DNA of 64,000 nt from Candidatus Vogelbacteria bacterium (GCA_903864935.1 CAIPHT010000015.1:6618-70617); one strand, 5' to 3'. Positions 17,214 through 26,496 are shown, counted from the stretch's first letter. Notes: generated by a model from the letters alone, not told the origin. A program made the numbers and translations.

Positions 17214-17292
17214 GGGTTAATTATAACAAATCTGAATCTTTTGGGAACAACATCCCCAAGTGTGCAACACTAAGTGTTGCACAGTAGCCATC

Positions 17293-17997
17293 TTATTTTT
17301 TAGGATTCAAAAATTCTTCCATTTCTTCATTGGGAACATAAACTGTCGCTTCGGCGGGGTTTAAAAAAGTTGTATTTAGATAAAGCTCTTTTTCTACTGG
17401 CTCGCCAATCATTGGGTCGTAAATTAAATTATCATTTTGGCATACTGAGTGGCCCCCCCATGTTACCCTCCCCGAATAACGACGAGGGATAAGATCTTCG
17501 GTATTGCCTCCAAGATCGGTCTTCCTCCCCCTTATGTCTAGTATCTGAGGGTGTCCACCTTCGGCTATTAACAGTCTTGCAACATCACACGCAATAAGAC
17601 TGCAGGCGTGATTTGTGCCATAATCATTCTCTAGTTCAGAGAAGTTATCCTTCAGGTATTGCAAAGTTTTACCGAATCTCACTTCTTCTTTAATTTGCCA
17701 AATATCTTTTCTCTCATTAAATTTCTCTCTCTCAATTCTCTCTTCGTCAGGATAGGGGATGCCGGCTTTGCTCCCAGTAAAAACTATATGAATTAAGTCA
17801 GGGTATCCTTCCCATAGTCTAACTGTTCCTACCTGTCTCTCGCCGTCATAGCGTCCCCAAGGTTGGAAGCTTACTTCTTTGCCCTCGCCAAATTCTACAC
17901 TCCCCAAAGTTGCCAATTGATCGAAGTCTTTAATATGGGCTTCTTTTTCCTCTTTCCCTTCGGGTAATTCGCTGTTGTTATTCATATCGACATTCAA
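17293..17997 (-). CDS. Hypothetical protein with a candidate papain/transglutaminase-like Cys-His-Asp triad
   Basis: NHACSLIACDVARL ... GGHSVCQNDNLIYDP. Confidence 0.35.
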   Translation of the reverse strand: MNVDMNNNSELPEGKEEKEAHIKDFDQLATLGSVEFGEGKEVSFQPWGRYDGERQVGTVRLWEGYPDLIHIVFTGSKAGIPYPDEERIEREKFNERKDIWQIKEEVRFGKTLQYLKDNFSELENDYGTNHACSLIACDVARLLIAEGGHPQILDIRGRKTDLGGNTEDLIPRRYSGRVTWGGHSVCQNDNLIYDPMIGEPVEKELYLNTTFLNPAEATVYVPNEEMEEFLNPKK

Positions 17998-18007
17998 GTA
18001 TGGAAGA

Positions 18008-18598
18008 CTATTTTAAGACTAAAATGATATCTTTTTCTGTTGTCTGATCTTTCAAAATATCACTATGGGCAACAGTCATACCCATTTGTGAAAATGACGG
18101 TTGGAAGCTGGACCATATGCCGCTTTCGTCAGGATATACCAGTATTACTTTGTCCATCAGGTCACCCCATTTCTTAAAAGCCTCTTGATATTGTTCAGAA
18201 CTTAATGAGTCAATTCCGCTTAGGGAATTAAATATTTTACCGGCAACATCTTGAATATCACGTGTTCTGAATTTGGGAATTCCCGGAAAGCCACCAGCTT
18301 CGAGTCTCTCTTTTTCGGCAAGACGAGCTCCTTCACTTATATAATCATCTCCAGATTCAATATCTTCATGGACTTTCGTCGTTAGACTACCGTCAAGGAC
18401 TTTCAAATTATTGACTGCAACCCCTGACAATTCAATTGCCCTTTCGATGTTTCCTCCGTGTAAATGTAGCCTAACTATATTAAAGCCTGCGACTGAAAGT
18501 TCTTGCTTTTCTATCTGACTTCCGTCTTCAGCTCCTTGTTTTCTTGACCCCTCACCCCCTAAGGTTTCTTTAGTTGTTTGTTGTTTAGGATTTTCCAT
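18008..18598 (-). CDS. Hypothetical protein
   Basis: ORF only. It is tightly linked upstream of the 17293..17997 gene. Confidence 0.4.
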   Translation of the reverse strand: MENPKQQTTKETLGGEGSRKQGAEDGSQIEKQELSVAGFNIVRLHLHGGNIERAIELSGVAVNNLKVLDGSLTTKVHEDIESGDDYISEGARLAEKERLEAGGFPGIPKFRTRDIQDVAGKIFNSLSGIDSLSSEQYQEAFKKWGDLMDKVILVYPDESGIWSSFQPSFSQMGMTVAHSDILKDQTTEKDIILVLK

Positions 18599-18834
18599 AT
18601 TATTTAAAATAATTACTAATATCTAAATTTTATAGGATAGTCCACTTATTGTCCATGTCGAAATTGGGGTGGGCTCGAGCTAGAATCTTTTTGTGCGCCA
18701 CTTAGTGGCGCACAGCAGTAAGGGCTTGGTAGGGCTAGATTTTTAGCCAAATTCTTGCTAAATTGTACTAGTTATTGCCAGATCGTCCCTGGCCGGGCAG
18801 GCTAATGATGGGACACATTGCGATAATAAAATAT

Positions 18835-18905
18835 TGCCGGATCATCTAATGGTAGGATTCACCCCTCTGGAGGGTGCTATCTTGGTTCGAGTCCAAGTCC
18901 GGCAG
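18835..18905 (+). tRNA. tRNA-Gln (CUG)
   Basis: The U1-A72 start is typical of bacterial tRNA-Gln. Acceptor tgccgga/tccggca, anticodon loop CUCUGGA, T-loop TTCGAGT. Confidence 0.75.
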
Positions 18906-19006
18906 CAGCCAATTTTTAACGAGCGAAGCGACTATAAAAATTGAGCTTCCCGAGCATTTGCGAGGGACAGGATTTTTCAATGAGCACATTTTGACGAATA
19001 AAATTT

Positions 19007-19255
19007 ATGTATTTTGTCTATATCCTTGAATGTGCCGACGAGACCCTCTATGTTGGTTGTACCAATAATTTGGACAAGAGGTTGGAGCAACACAACAATT
19101 CCAAATCGGGCGCTCACTATACTAAGATCAGACGACCGGTAAGCTTGAAATATAAAGAAGTTTTTGAGACACTGAAAGAGGCTCGGGCGAGAGAAGCAGA
19201 GCTAAAAACTTGGCGAAGAGAGAAAAAATTAAATTTGTGCCTAACTGGAAAATAA
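19007..19255 (+). CDS. GIY-YIG nuclease superfamily protein (YhbQ/UPF0213-like, 82 aa)
   Basis: N-terminal YFVYILEC...[16 protein letters not shown] (GIY...YIG...R...E). It lies 100 nt downstream of tRNA-Gln. Confidence 0.75.
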   Translation: MYFVYILECADETLYVGCTNNLDKRLEQHNNSKSGAHYTKIRRPVSLKYKEVFETLKEARAREAELKTWRREKKLNLCLTGK

Positions 19256-19266
19256 TATAAAAAATT

Positions 19267-19890
19267 ATGAAACTATTTCTTGCTTCATCTCTCGATAAGA
19301 CAGCTTCGTTATTAAAGCCATTTTTGCCGAAGACTAATTGTCGCGTGGCTTTTATTGCTAATGCTGCCGATATCTATAAAGGAGATAATTGGTGGATTGA
19401 GGCTGACAGGAAGGCTCTGAAGGAGATTTGTTGTGAGATTGTGGATGTCGATTTAAGACAAATGACCGAAGAGGGCTTCTCCGAGATTTTAAAAAATGTA
19501 GATGTCGTTCATTTCTGCGGGGGAAGTGTTCTTTATTTAATTGGGTTAATAAAAGAAAAGAAATTAAAAGATCTGATTGTTGATTTTGTAAAAAATGGCG
19601 GTCTGTATACTGGCACCAGCGCGGGTTCAATGATTGTCTCGGCTGATTTAATGTTGAGTACCGCCGATCCGGAGGAGAAGGACTATATCGAGACGGCGAA
19701 TATAAAAGAATATTCGGGGCTTGGCTTAGTTGATTTTCTTATCATTCCACACTGCAATAATCCCGAATTTGTCGCCGGTAACAAAGATTTGGTAGAATTG
19801 ATGCCTAAGACCAACAGGCCTCTTGTCTGGATATATGACAATCAGGTTGTTGTAGTGGAAGACAAAAGTTTTCAAATCATTAATACTTAA
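19267..19890 (+). CDS. Peptidase S51 (dipeptidase E-like)
   Basis: FCGGSVLYL ... YTGTSAGSM matches the S51 catalytic Ser context. Confidence 0.65.
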   Translation: MKLFLASSLDKTASLLKPFLPKTNCRVAFIANAADIYKGDNWWIEADRKALKEICCEIVDVDLRQMTEEGFSEILKNVDVVHFCGGSVLYLIGLIKEKKLKDLIVDFVKNGGLYTGTSAGSMIVSADLMLSTADPEEKDYIETANIKEYSGLGLVDFLIIPHCNNPEFVAGNKDLVELMPKTNRPLVWIYDNQVVVVEDKSFQIINT

Positions 19891-19896
19891 AGTAGC

Positions 19897-20253
19897 ATGT
19901 TTATTAAGAAGACATATTTGGATAAATCGGCAATTCAGGGCATAGGGTTGTTTAGTGGAGAAGAAATTAAAAAGGGTGAACTGGTTTATAAACATTCGCC
20001 CAAGCTCCAGCAGGTTTTGACTCCCGAAGAATTAAATCTACTTGAGGAGGATGAGAAAAAAACTTTTACCCATTATGGATATCTCTGGGAAGGGAAATGG
20101 TATTTAGATTTTGATGATATAAGGTTTCTTAACCATGCTGACGAACCCAGCCTTGCTCTGACCCAAGAAGGTATTGTTGCCACGAGAGATATTGCCAAAG
20201 GGGAAGAATTAACTCAAGATTATAAAGACTTCGAAGATAAAATTAGATTTTAA
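19897..20253 (+). CDS. SET-domain protein (putative lysine methyltransferase)
   Basis: GIGLFSGEEIKKGELV ... RFLNHADEPS ... ELTQDY matches the SET motifs GxG, NH(S/A)xxPN and ELxxDY. Confidence 0.6.
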   Translation: MFIKKTYLDKSAIQGIGLFSGEEIKKGELVYKHSPKLQQVLTPEELNLLEEDEKKTFTHYGYLWEGKWYLDFDDIRFLNHADEPSLALTQEGIVATRDIAKGEELTQDYKDFEDKIRF

Positions 20254-20325
20254 AATTTTAGCCTGGAACGACTATTCTCATCTGGGATAAAACAAAAATC
20301 TAGTGTATACTGGACACGATAATTT

Positions 20326-20991
20326 ATGAAAGATAAAAAAGATAATAATCCAATCCCCCAAGAGATACGTTTTGCCGCTTTAGCGGTGGATATTGTTTGC
20401 TTCCGCGTTGCCGACGGGGATTTAGAAGTTCTCTTGGGAAAAGTCGCCACCGATAATAATAAATACAAGGGCTGGTGGGCTCATGTCGGGGGACTGGTCC
20501 AGATAGACGAGACAGCCGAACAAGCCGTTGATCGGTTATTGTCTGATAAGGCTGGTATTAACAAAATATACAAGGAACAACTTTATACCTTCAGCGCTAT
20601 CAATCGCGACCCCCGTGGCCGGGTTGTCTCGGTTGCCTACATTGCTCTAACTGACGGGACAAATACTCAAGACTTGGCCAAGGCTCGTGTCGAGACGGTG
20701 TGGAAGAGGGTGGGGAGCTTGCCCAAACTTGCCTATGATCACGACGAGATAATAAGAGTGGCCATTGAGCGTTTGCGATCTAAGATTATGTATACCGATA
20801 TTGCCCGCTATTTCATGCCTAAAGAGTTCACATTGTCTGAATTGCAAAAAGTCTATGAGGCCGTCACGGGGGAGGGGGTTGATAAAAGAAATTTTAGAAA
20901 GAGGATAATTGCTCTCGGTATTTTGAAGGATACCAGACGAACTATTAAGAAGGGGGTGATGCGACCAGCCTCCCTTTATACCTTTAAATAG
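20326..20991 (+). CDS. nrtR: NrtR-like Nudix-related transcriptional regulator of NAD metabolism
   Basis: N-terminal Nudix-fold domain followed by a C-terminal winged-helix domain. It sits directly upstream of nadV. Confidence 0.7.
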   Translation: MKDKKDNNPIPQEIRFAALAVDIVCFRVADGDLEVLLGKVATDNNKYKGWWAHVGGLVQIDETAEQAVDRLLSDKAGINKIYKEQLYTFSAINRDPRGRVVSVAYIALTDGTNTQDLAKARVETVWKRVGSLPKLAYDHDEIIRVAIERLRSKIMYTDIARYFMPKEFTLSELQKVYEAVTGEGVDKRNFRKRIIALGILKDTRRTIKKGVMRPASLYTFK

Positions 20992-21047
20992 CAACGTATT
21001 TTCGTCTTTTGCTGTCTTAAACTAGGCCCCTAATCGGGGTTTTATTT

Positions 21048-21115
21048 AGTGTACACTTGACACCAAATATCCCCTCGTATATAGTGTACTCAGAACACTA
21101 GGTACACTTCGTACC
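21048..21115 (+). promoter_or_regulatory. nadV promoter (TTGACA-N17-TATAGT) overlapped by three AGTGT/ACACT-type palindromes, candidate NrtR operators
   Basis: agtgtacact (21048-57), tagtgt-N7-acacta (21082-21100) and ggtac-acttc-gtacc (21101-15). A similar site agtgtatactggacac at 20302-17 lies upstream of nrtR. Confidence 0.45.
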
Positions 21116-21155
21116 TCAAATTTGGTCCTTTACAACTCACACAGGAGATACAGCC

Positions 21156-22565
21156 ATGTTGAAGAACATCTTGCTCATGACGGATTCCTACAAGGTTTCC
21201 CACTACCGCCAGTACCCGAAGGGTACCACCAAGATCTATTCGTATCTCGAGGCCCGCAAGGGTGGCGAGTACGCCGAAGTTATGTTCTTCGGTTTGCAAT
21301 ATCTGATCAAGCGTTATCTGTTGGGACAAGTTGTTACCCAGCAGAAGATTGATCAGGCCGAAGCCCTCTTCACGGCACACTTCGGTGATGCCAGCCTCTT
21401 CAATCGTGCTGGCTGGGAACACATTCTCAATGAGCACGACGGCAAGTTGCCGGTCGAGATCAAAGCGGTGCCCGAGGGAATGATTGTTCCCGAAGGCAAT
21501 GTGCTCTTGACCATCGAGAACACCTGCCCGGATTGTTACTGGCTGGTGAACTACCTCGAGACGCTCTTGGTGCAGGTCTGGTATAGTTGCACCACGGGCA
21601 CCATCTCGCGCGAGATGAAGAAGCTCATCAAGAACGCGCTGGTGAAGTCGGGAACCGACACTCCAGAGAACCTGGCGTTCAAGCTCCATGACTTCGGCTA
21701 TCGTGGTGTCAGCTCTTCGGAGTCGGCAGCTATCGGTGGCGCGGCCCATTTGGTCAACTTCATGGGTACCGACACTCTCGCAGCAATCGAAATGCTCATG
21801 GAGTACTACGGTGCGACGATGCCGGGCTTCAGTATCCCGGCGGCCGAGCACTCGACGATCACGACCTGGGGCGAAGAAGGGGAAGAGGCGGCATATCGCA
21901 ATATGCTTGACCAATATCCCACCGGCCTTGTCGCTGTGGTCTCGGATTCTTGGGATATCCGCAATGCGGTGGAGAACATTTGGGGCGATCGTCTTCGCAA
22001 CAAAATCATCTTCCGTGATGGGGTCCTCATTATCCGGCCTGACTCGGGCGATCCCATCAAGATCTTGCCCGAACTCTTCGAGAGTATCGGACGACGTTTT
22101 GGCACCACTACGAACGAGAAGGGTTACAAGGAGCTCCACAAGAAAGTTCGGGTCATTCAGGGCGACGGCATCAATCGCCGCAGCTTGGGAAAAATTCTCG
22201 ACGCACTGATGGAGCACGGTTGGTCGGTCGATGGCATTGCCTTCGGCTCTGGTGGTGGATTGTTGCAGAATTGCGATCGTGACACTCAACGTTTTGCGAT
22301 GAAGTGCTCCTACGCTGAAGTGAACGGTGTTGGGCGGGATGTCTACAAGCAGCCCGCCACCGACAAGACCAAGAACAGCAAACGGGGCCGGCTGATGCTC
22401 GTGGAGAACGCGATATTCGAGACCACTCACGGTTCGAGGTTCGCGACTTTACCCGAAGGCACCAAGGGCTTCACTGACATTCTCGTGACAGTCTTCAGAG
22501 ACGGCGAGTTGCTCTGTGATCAGACTCTTGATGAGATTCGGGTCAGGGCGGCGATCGCCTCCTGA
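21156..22565 (+). CDS. nadV: Nicotinamide phosphoribosyltransferase (NAMPT/NadV)
   Basis: N-terminus MLKNILLMTDSYKVSHYRQYP and overall type-II PRTase architecture. The GC content is high. Confidence 0.9.
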   Translation: MLKNILLMTDSYKVSHYRQYPKGTTKIYSYLEARKGGEYAEVMFFGLQYLIKRYLLGQVVTQQKIDQAEALFTAHFGDASLFNRAGWEHILNEHDGKLPVEIKAVPEGMIVPEGNVLLTIENTCPDCYWLVNYLETLLVQVWYSCTTGTISREMKKLIKNALVKSGTDTPENLAFKLHDFGYRGVSSSESAAIGGAAHLVNFMGTDTLAAIEMLMEYYGATMPGFSIPAAEHSTITTWGEEGEEAAYRNMLDQYPTGLVAVVSDSWDIRNAVENIWGDRLRNKIIFRDGVLIIRPDSGDPIKILPELFESIGRRFGTTTNEKGYKELHKKVRVIQGDGINRRSLGKILDALMEHGWSVDGIAFGSGGGLLQNCDRDTQRFAMKCSYAEVNGVGRDVYKQPATDKTKNSKRGRLMLVENAIFETTHGSRFATLPEGTKGFTDILVTVFRDGELLCDQTLDEIRVRAAIAS

Positions 22566-22643
22566 CGCAAGAGTTACAACCACAACGAGCCTCCGTATCC
22601 GACTTTGGGTGCGGAGGCTCAACTTATCTAAGGAAAAACCATC

Positions 22644-23357
22644 ATGAAAATAAGAATCAGAGATTATGAAGTTCCCGTTAGGGGTAAGAGCGTTCGCCTG
22701 GCGATTAAGTCTCACCTCTTCAAAAAGTGGATTGAGTCCCTCGACCCTCTCTTCATTGTTGTCGGTATTGAGATCCAATCTGTCGACACGGTGAAGCGCA
22801 AGGGGGAAGAGAAGGTTCTCTTTCTCAAGTTGAAGGCTGAGATTACTGACAAAACGGGACGGATTTACCCAGGAATCTTTTTTCTCCGGGGAGACTCCGT
22901 CGCCATTCTTGTCATTCTTGAGACGCCAGAGAAAAAATACGTCGTGGTCATCGAGAGTCATCTCCCTTCTATCGGCAAGAGGAATTCTCTTCAATTGCCA
23001 GCAGGGATGATGGATACCGAGACTGATGCTCTGCAAGTGGCCCTACGAGAGATGGAGGAGGAGACGGGTCTTAATCCGGCCCTTGGCCAGATGATTCATC
23101 TTGGTCACATCTATCCCTCTCCCGGTGCCTGTGACGAAGCGATCCATCTTTTTCTCTTTGAGGCAAAGATGAGTGAAGCTGAGGTCATGCTACTCCAAGG
23201 CACGACAACGGGTCTTGCGGAGGAAGGAGAACACCTTGTCGTTAAATTGGTGGAGCTCGACGAGCTTTGCCCCAAAACTCAAGACCCGAAGGCTCATTCA
23301 GCGCATATGCTATATTGTGCCTTGAAAATGAAAGGGAATTACCATGAAAACGATTGA
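22644..23357 (+). CDS. Nudix hydrolase (probable ADP-ribose pyrophosphatase)
   Basis: Nudix-box-like GMMDTETDALQVALREMEEETGL, in a nadV/NMNAT context. Confidence 0.55.
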   Translation: MKIRIRDYEVPVRGKSVRLAIKSHLFKKWIESLDPLFIVVGIEIQSVDTVKRKGEEKVLFLKLKAEITDKTGRIYPGIFFLRGDSVAILVILETPEKKYVVVIESHLPSIGKRNSLQLPAGMMDTETDALQVALREMEEETGLNPALGQMIHLGHIYPSPGACDEAIHLFLFEAKMSEAEVMLLQGTTTGLAEEGEHLVVKLVELDELCPKTQDPKAHSAHMLYCALKMKGNYHEND

Positions 23358-24477
23358 AGACAAAATTGCCGCTTTGCATGCCGGGAGGCTGAAGGTCTGC
23401 CTTGTTTGCACCGGAGCGGGAGCTGGCACTCAGAACCTGATTGCTCAAGTTCCCGGTGCCTCGAACACTTTGCTCGAATGTCTCTTCCCCTACAGTAAGG
23501 AATCACTGGCCGACTTTCTCGGTGCCGAGCCGGAGAAGTTTGCCTCTGAAGAAACAGCCATGAAGATGGCGGCCAGGGCCTGGCGAAGGGGGCAAGAACT
23601 CGTGGTGAGACAAGGTGGAGACGTTAGAGACGTTGTTGGCTTGGCCGTAACAGCGGTTATTGCCACCAATCGATCACTGCGTGGTGAGCACCGAGTCTTC
23701 ATTGCGGCCCGTACGGCCGGGGGATTCTTCGTCTCTCACGCTGGCTTCGCCAAAGGGGAAGACGGTCTCTCTGTTCTTGGCCGCAAGCGAGAAGGAGAAC
23801 TCTGCGATATCCTCACTCTCAACATGCTTCTCTACTTAGCGGGCATTGAGCCGGTAAACGTCCCAGAGGATGTGACCCTCTCTCCTCGTCAGGTGGAATA
23901 TCGGTTAGAGATTGACGAAGCGAAGTATTGTTTTGTTGAAGTTGATGGAACTCCGGCCGAGCTCTCCTCCCTCGATCCGAGCAAGCACGTTCTCTTTCCT
24001 GGTTCCTTCCGCCCGCTTCACTTTGGTCACGAGAAAATCGCCACTGAGGTGGAGAGTCTGGCTGGCAAGAAAGTTGTCTACATGATCACTAATTGTCACC
24101 CAGACAAAGGTGAAATCGAACGAGAAGAATTGCTCGGGCGCCTTGACCAGTTCAGATACGTGGCACCGGTTCTGGTGACGAACGATCTCAGCCTCTGCCT
24201 CGACAAGGCTAGAGCCTTCCCCGGCTTCAGCTTCATCATTGGCGCCGACACACTCAAGCGACTTCTTGACCCGAAGTATTACACGACAACGGTAGAGGAG
24301 GTTCTGGATGAGCTTCAACAACTTGGTGTTCACTTCTATGTTGCTGGTCGGCATGAGGGAGGTGAGGTAGTAGATCTGGAGACTCTGAGGGATATCATCC
24401 CGACACCGTTCTGGGGCTTGTTTACCCAGTTGGCCACTGTCATCCAAGTATCTTCTACTGATATACGAGGGGTGTGA
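23344..24477 (+). CDS. Bifunctional protein: CinA-C/PncC-like (NMN deamidase-like) N-domain fused to nicotinamide/nicotinate mononucleotide adenylyltransferase
   Basis: N-terminal LVCTGAGAGTQNLIAQVPGAS...YSKESLADFLGA resembles the PncC ESCTGG...YSNEAK pattern. The C-terminal FPGSFRPLHFGH carries the (H/T)xGH nucleotidyltransferase motif. Confidence 0.65.
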   Translation: MKTIEDKIAALHAGRLKVCLVCTGAGAGTQNLIAQVPGASNTLLECLFPYSKESLADFLGAEPEKFASEETAMKMAARAWRRGQELVVRQGGDVRDVVGLAVTAVIATNRSLRGEHRVFIAARTAGGFFVSHAGFAKGEDGLSVLGRKREGELCDILTLNMLLYLAGIEPVNVPEDVTLSPRQVEYRLEIDEAKYCFVEVDGTPAELSSLDPSKHVLFPGSFRPLHFGHEKIATEVESLAGKKVVYMITNCHPDKGEIEREELLGRLDQFRYVAPVLVTNDLSLCLDKARAFPGFSFIIGADTLKRLLDPKYYTTTVEEVLDELQQLGVHFYVAGRHEGGEVVDLETLRDIIPTPFWGLFTQLATVIQVSSTDIRGV

Positions 24478-24496
24478 GTTGAGAACACTAAAATCA

Positions 24497-24535
24497 CGGG
24501 TTGCGCCTACATATAGGCGCAACCCGTTTTCTTTT
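24497..24535 (+). terminator. Rho-independent terminator ending the NAD-salvage operon
   Basis: cgggttgcgcc-tacatata-ggcgcaacccg followed by ttttctttt. Confidence 0.7.
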
Positions 24536-24565
24536 GGTATAATTCTATATATAAGATATTAATTT

Positions 24566-24955
24566 ATGAACCTCTCACAAGAACAAAGCATTGAATCCGA
24601 AAACCAGATTGAACAACGTCTCTTACTGGTGGCAAAAAATTTAATTTCAAATTTTGACCAAACGCTTGAGGCTATGGGCTATATTGAGGGTGCGGGCTGG
24701 TTAGAGAGGCAACGTGACATTCTGACTAATCAGAAAGAAGTCTCTTTGCCAACGAGTGTTGCTGGAGCGCAGAAATTTCTCGAAGAGAGGGCTGAGGACG
24801 AAGAAAGTTTTGGTCCGGATTCTTATTGTGTCTACGGTCAGGGCGGCTTCCATCGTTATTGGGTTATGTCAGACGGGGAAGTAATTTTTGACTCTTATTA
24901 CGCTCAGGGTCAGGAGATCGAAAAAGCGAAACGGGTCGGTTTTAAAATAAGATAA
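24566..24955 (+). CDS. Hypothetical protein
   Basis: ORF only, low GC. Confidence 0.45.
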   Translation: MNLSQEQSIESENQIEQRLLLVAKNLISNFDQTLEAMGYIEGAGWLERQRDILTNQKEVSLPTSVAGAQKFLEERAEDEESFGPDSYCVYGQGGFHRYWVMSDGEVIFDSYYAQGQEIEKAKRVGFKIR

Positions 24956-24974
24956 TATTCTATATAATCATAGT

Positions 24975-25412
24975 ATGAATGAATCAATGAATTTTGGCTC
25001 GGGACAGGAGAATCAAGAGGAAGAGGATAATGCGCGTTGTGCTGATTATCTGGAAAGACATCCAACTCCGGTTTTTGTTCAATTAGAGAGTTCCCCTGAT
25101 TTTGAAAGTCTTGTTGCCGATTTCGAGAAAAAGCACTCACTGGATGAATTGCTGGAGATTGGTCAACTTAGTGCCGGGCTTTTTGGTATGTTTTCTAAAG
25201 ATCGAGATGTCCCAGAAGAAACGATAGAATGGCTGGTTAGCGCCTTATCACCAGAAGATGCTCAAAGGTACCGGGCAAGGACATCGGCCAAGCAAGACCT
25301 TAAGCCAATTGTTGAAGCTCTGAAGTCTCATTCTAGCGGTCGCGAAGCCTATATGAAGTTGTCACGAGCGGTTGGTATGATAAGTGGGAATGAGGTTGTT
25401 CATGATCGGTAA
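24975..25412 (+). CDS. Hypothetical protein
   Basis: ORF only. Confidence 0.45.
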   Translation: MNESMNFGSGQENQEEEDNARCADYLERHPTPVFVQLESSPDFESLVADFEKKHSLDELLEIGQLSAGLFGMFSKDRDVPEETIEWLVSALSPEDAQRYRARTSAKQDLKPIVEALKSHSSGREAYMKLSRAVGMISGNEVVHDR

Positions 25413-25469
25413 GAATTCAAAGGGAAGTAATTATCTGCCGGTAATGACCAGGCCCAGTAGAATATATTA

Positions 25470-25970
25470 ATGTTGGATTTAATTTTTAGATCAGAATCTC
25501 CACAACTTGAGAAAGAGGCTCAGGAGTATATAGATATTTGGAGTCAGCAAGGAGAAAATATTTTGGGCGTTCTTGAGAAGGTCTCCGGTCTTGAATTTAA
25601 ACAAAAGAAGATTGAGGTTCTCGTCTACGAAGGCCCCAGCTCTTCTGGGGGGCCGGAGATTCCAATGAAATTGCGTGCCAGCTACAGCAAGGAGGTCAAA
25701 ATGGGCACCTTGGTCCATGAGCTTGGACATCGCCTACTTGAATCCCTGTCTTCTCGACCCGAAGGACTTGACGAACATCAGACCTTGAACCTTTTTCTTT
25801 ATGATTCTTGGTTTGAGCTATTTGGTAAAAATTTTGCCGATATGATGGTTGGGGTTGAGAGTGAGAGAAAGGGAATTTACGATTACAAAAAAGCTTGGGA
25901 CTGGTTTTTGTCCTTGTCTAAAGATGATGGCAGTTCTTTGCGGATAAAATTATCTGATAAAAATAAATAA
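25470..25970 (+). CDS. Hypothetical protein with an HExxH zinc-metallopeptidase motif
   Basis: VHELGHRL. Confidence 0.4.
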   Translation: MLDLIFRSESPQLEKEAQEYIDIWSQQGENILGVLEKVSGLEFKQKKIEVLVYEGPSSSGGPEIPMKLRASYSKEVKMGTLVHELGHRLLESLSSRPEGLDEHQTLNLFLYDSWFELFGKNFADMMVGVESERKGIYDYKKAWDWFLSLSKDDGSSLRIKLSDKNK

Positions 25971-25974
25971 AACA

Positions 25975-26496
25975 ATGAACTCATCACACGAAAAAATTCT
26001 TGAATCGGACCCCAAGTGGGCCGAGGCTTATGCCGAGGAGGCAGAAAAACTCAGGCCGGTCTTTGGTGAGTCTTTGGTTGAGATTGAACATATTGGTAGC
26101 ACTTCCATACCGGGCCTCGCTGCGAAGCCAATCGTTGATATTGCGGTCTTGATTAAGAATCACGAAGAGGCCGATAATTTTATCGAGCCCCTCCTTGCTC
26201 TTGGTTACAAGTTTGACCGAGAGATGCACGAGAAAACTGAATTTCCTGAGCGCCACTTCTTTCGCAAAAGTGAGCCGACTCAATTTCATTTATCTATTGC
26301 TTATGCTGACAAGGCAAAATTCTGGCCCAGGCAAATTCTCTTCCGTGATTACTTACGCTCTCACCCTGAAGACCGAGACCGTTATGGGGAGTTAAAGAAA
26401 AAACTACTCGAAGCCGACCCTACCGGTGTGGGTTCTTATATCTCTGGCAAGACTGAATTTGTACAAGAAATTCTTAATAAGGCGGGGTTTAACTAA
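25975..26496 (+). CDS. GrpB/UPF0157 family protein
   Basis: IEHIGSTSIPGLAAKPIVDI is the characteristic GrpB motif. Confidence 0.7.
   Translation: MNSSHEKILESDPKWAEAYAEEAEKLRPVFGESLVEIEHIGSTSIPGLAAKPIVDIAVLIKNHEEADNFIEPLLALGYKFDREMHEKTEFPERHFFRKSEPTQFHLSIAYADKAKFWPRQILFRDYLRSHPEDRDRYGELKKKLLEADPTGVGSYISGKTEFVQEILNKAGFN

Noticed and set aside
18640-18834. Possible SRP (4.5S) RNA or RNase P RNA in the structured intergenic region
   Set aside because: The conserved SRP domain IV motif (AGGUCAGG ... GGAAGCAGCC) is absent and the RNase P P4 consensus is absent. The region is left as an unclassified structured element.
21090-22430. Long minus-strand ORF (446 aa) antisense to nadV
   Set aside because: It lies entirely inside the confidently identified nadV coding region and has no recognisable motifs. 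High-GC sequence commonly yields long spurious antisense ORFs.
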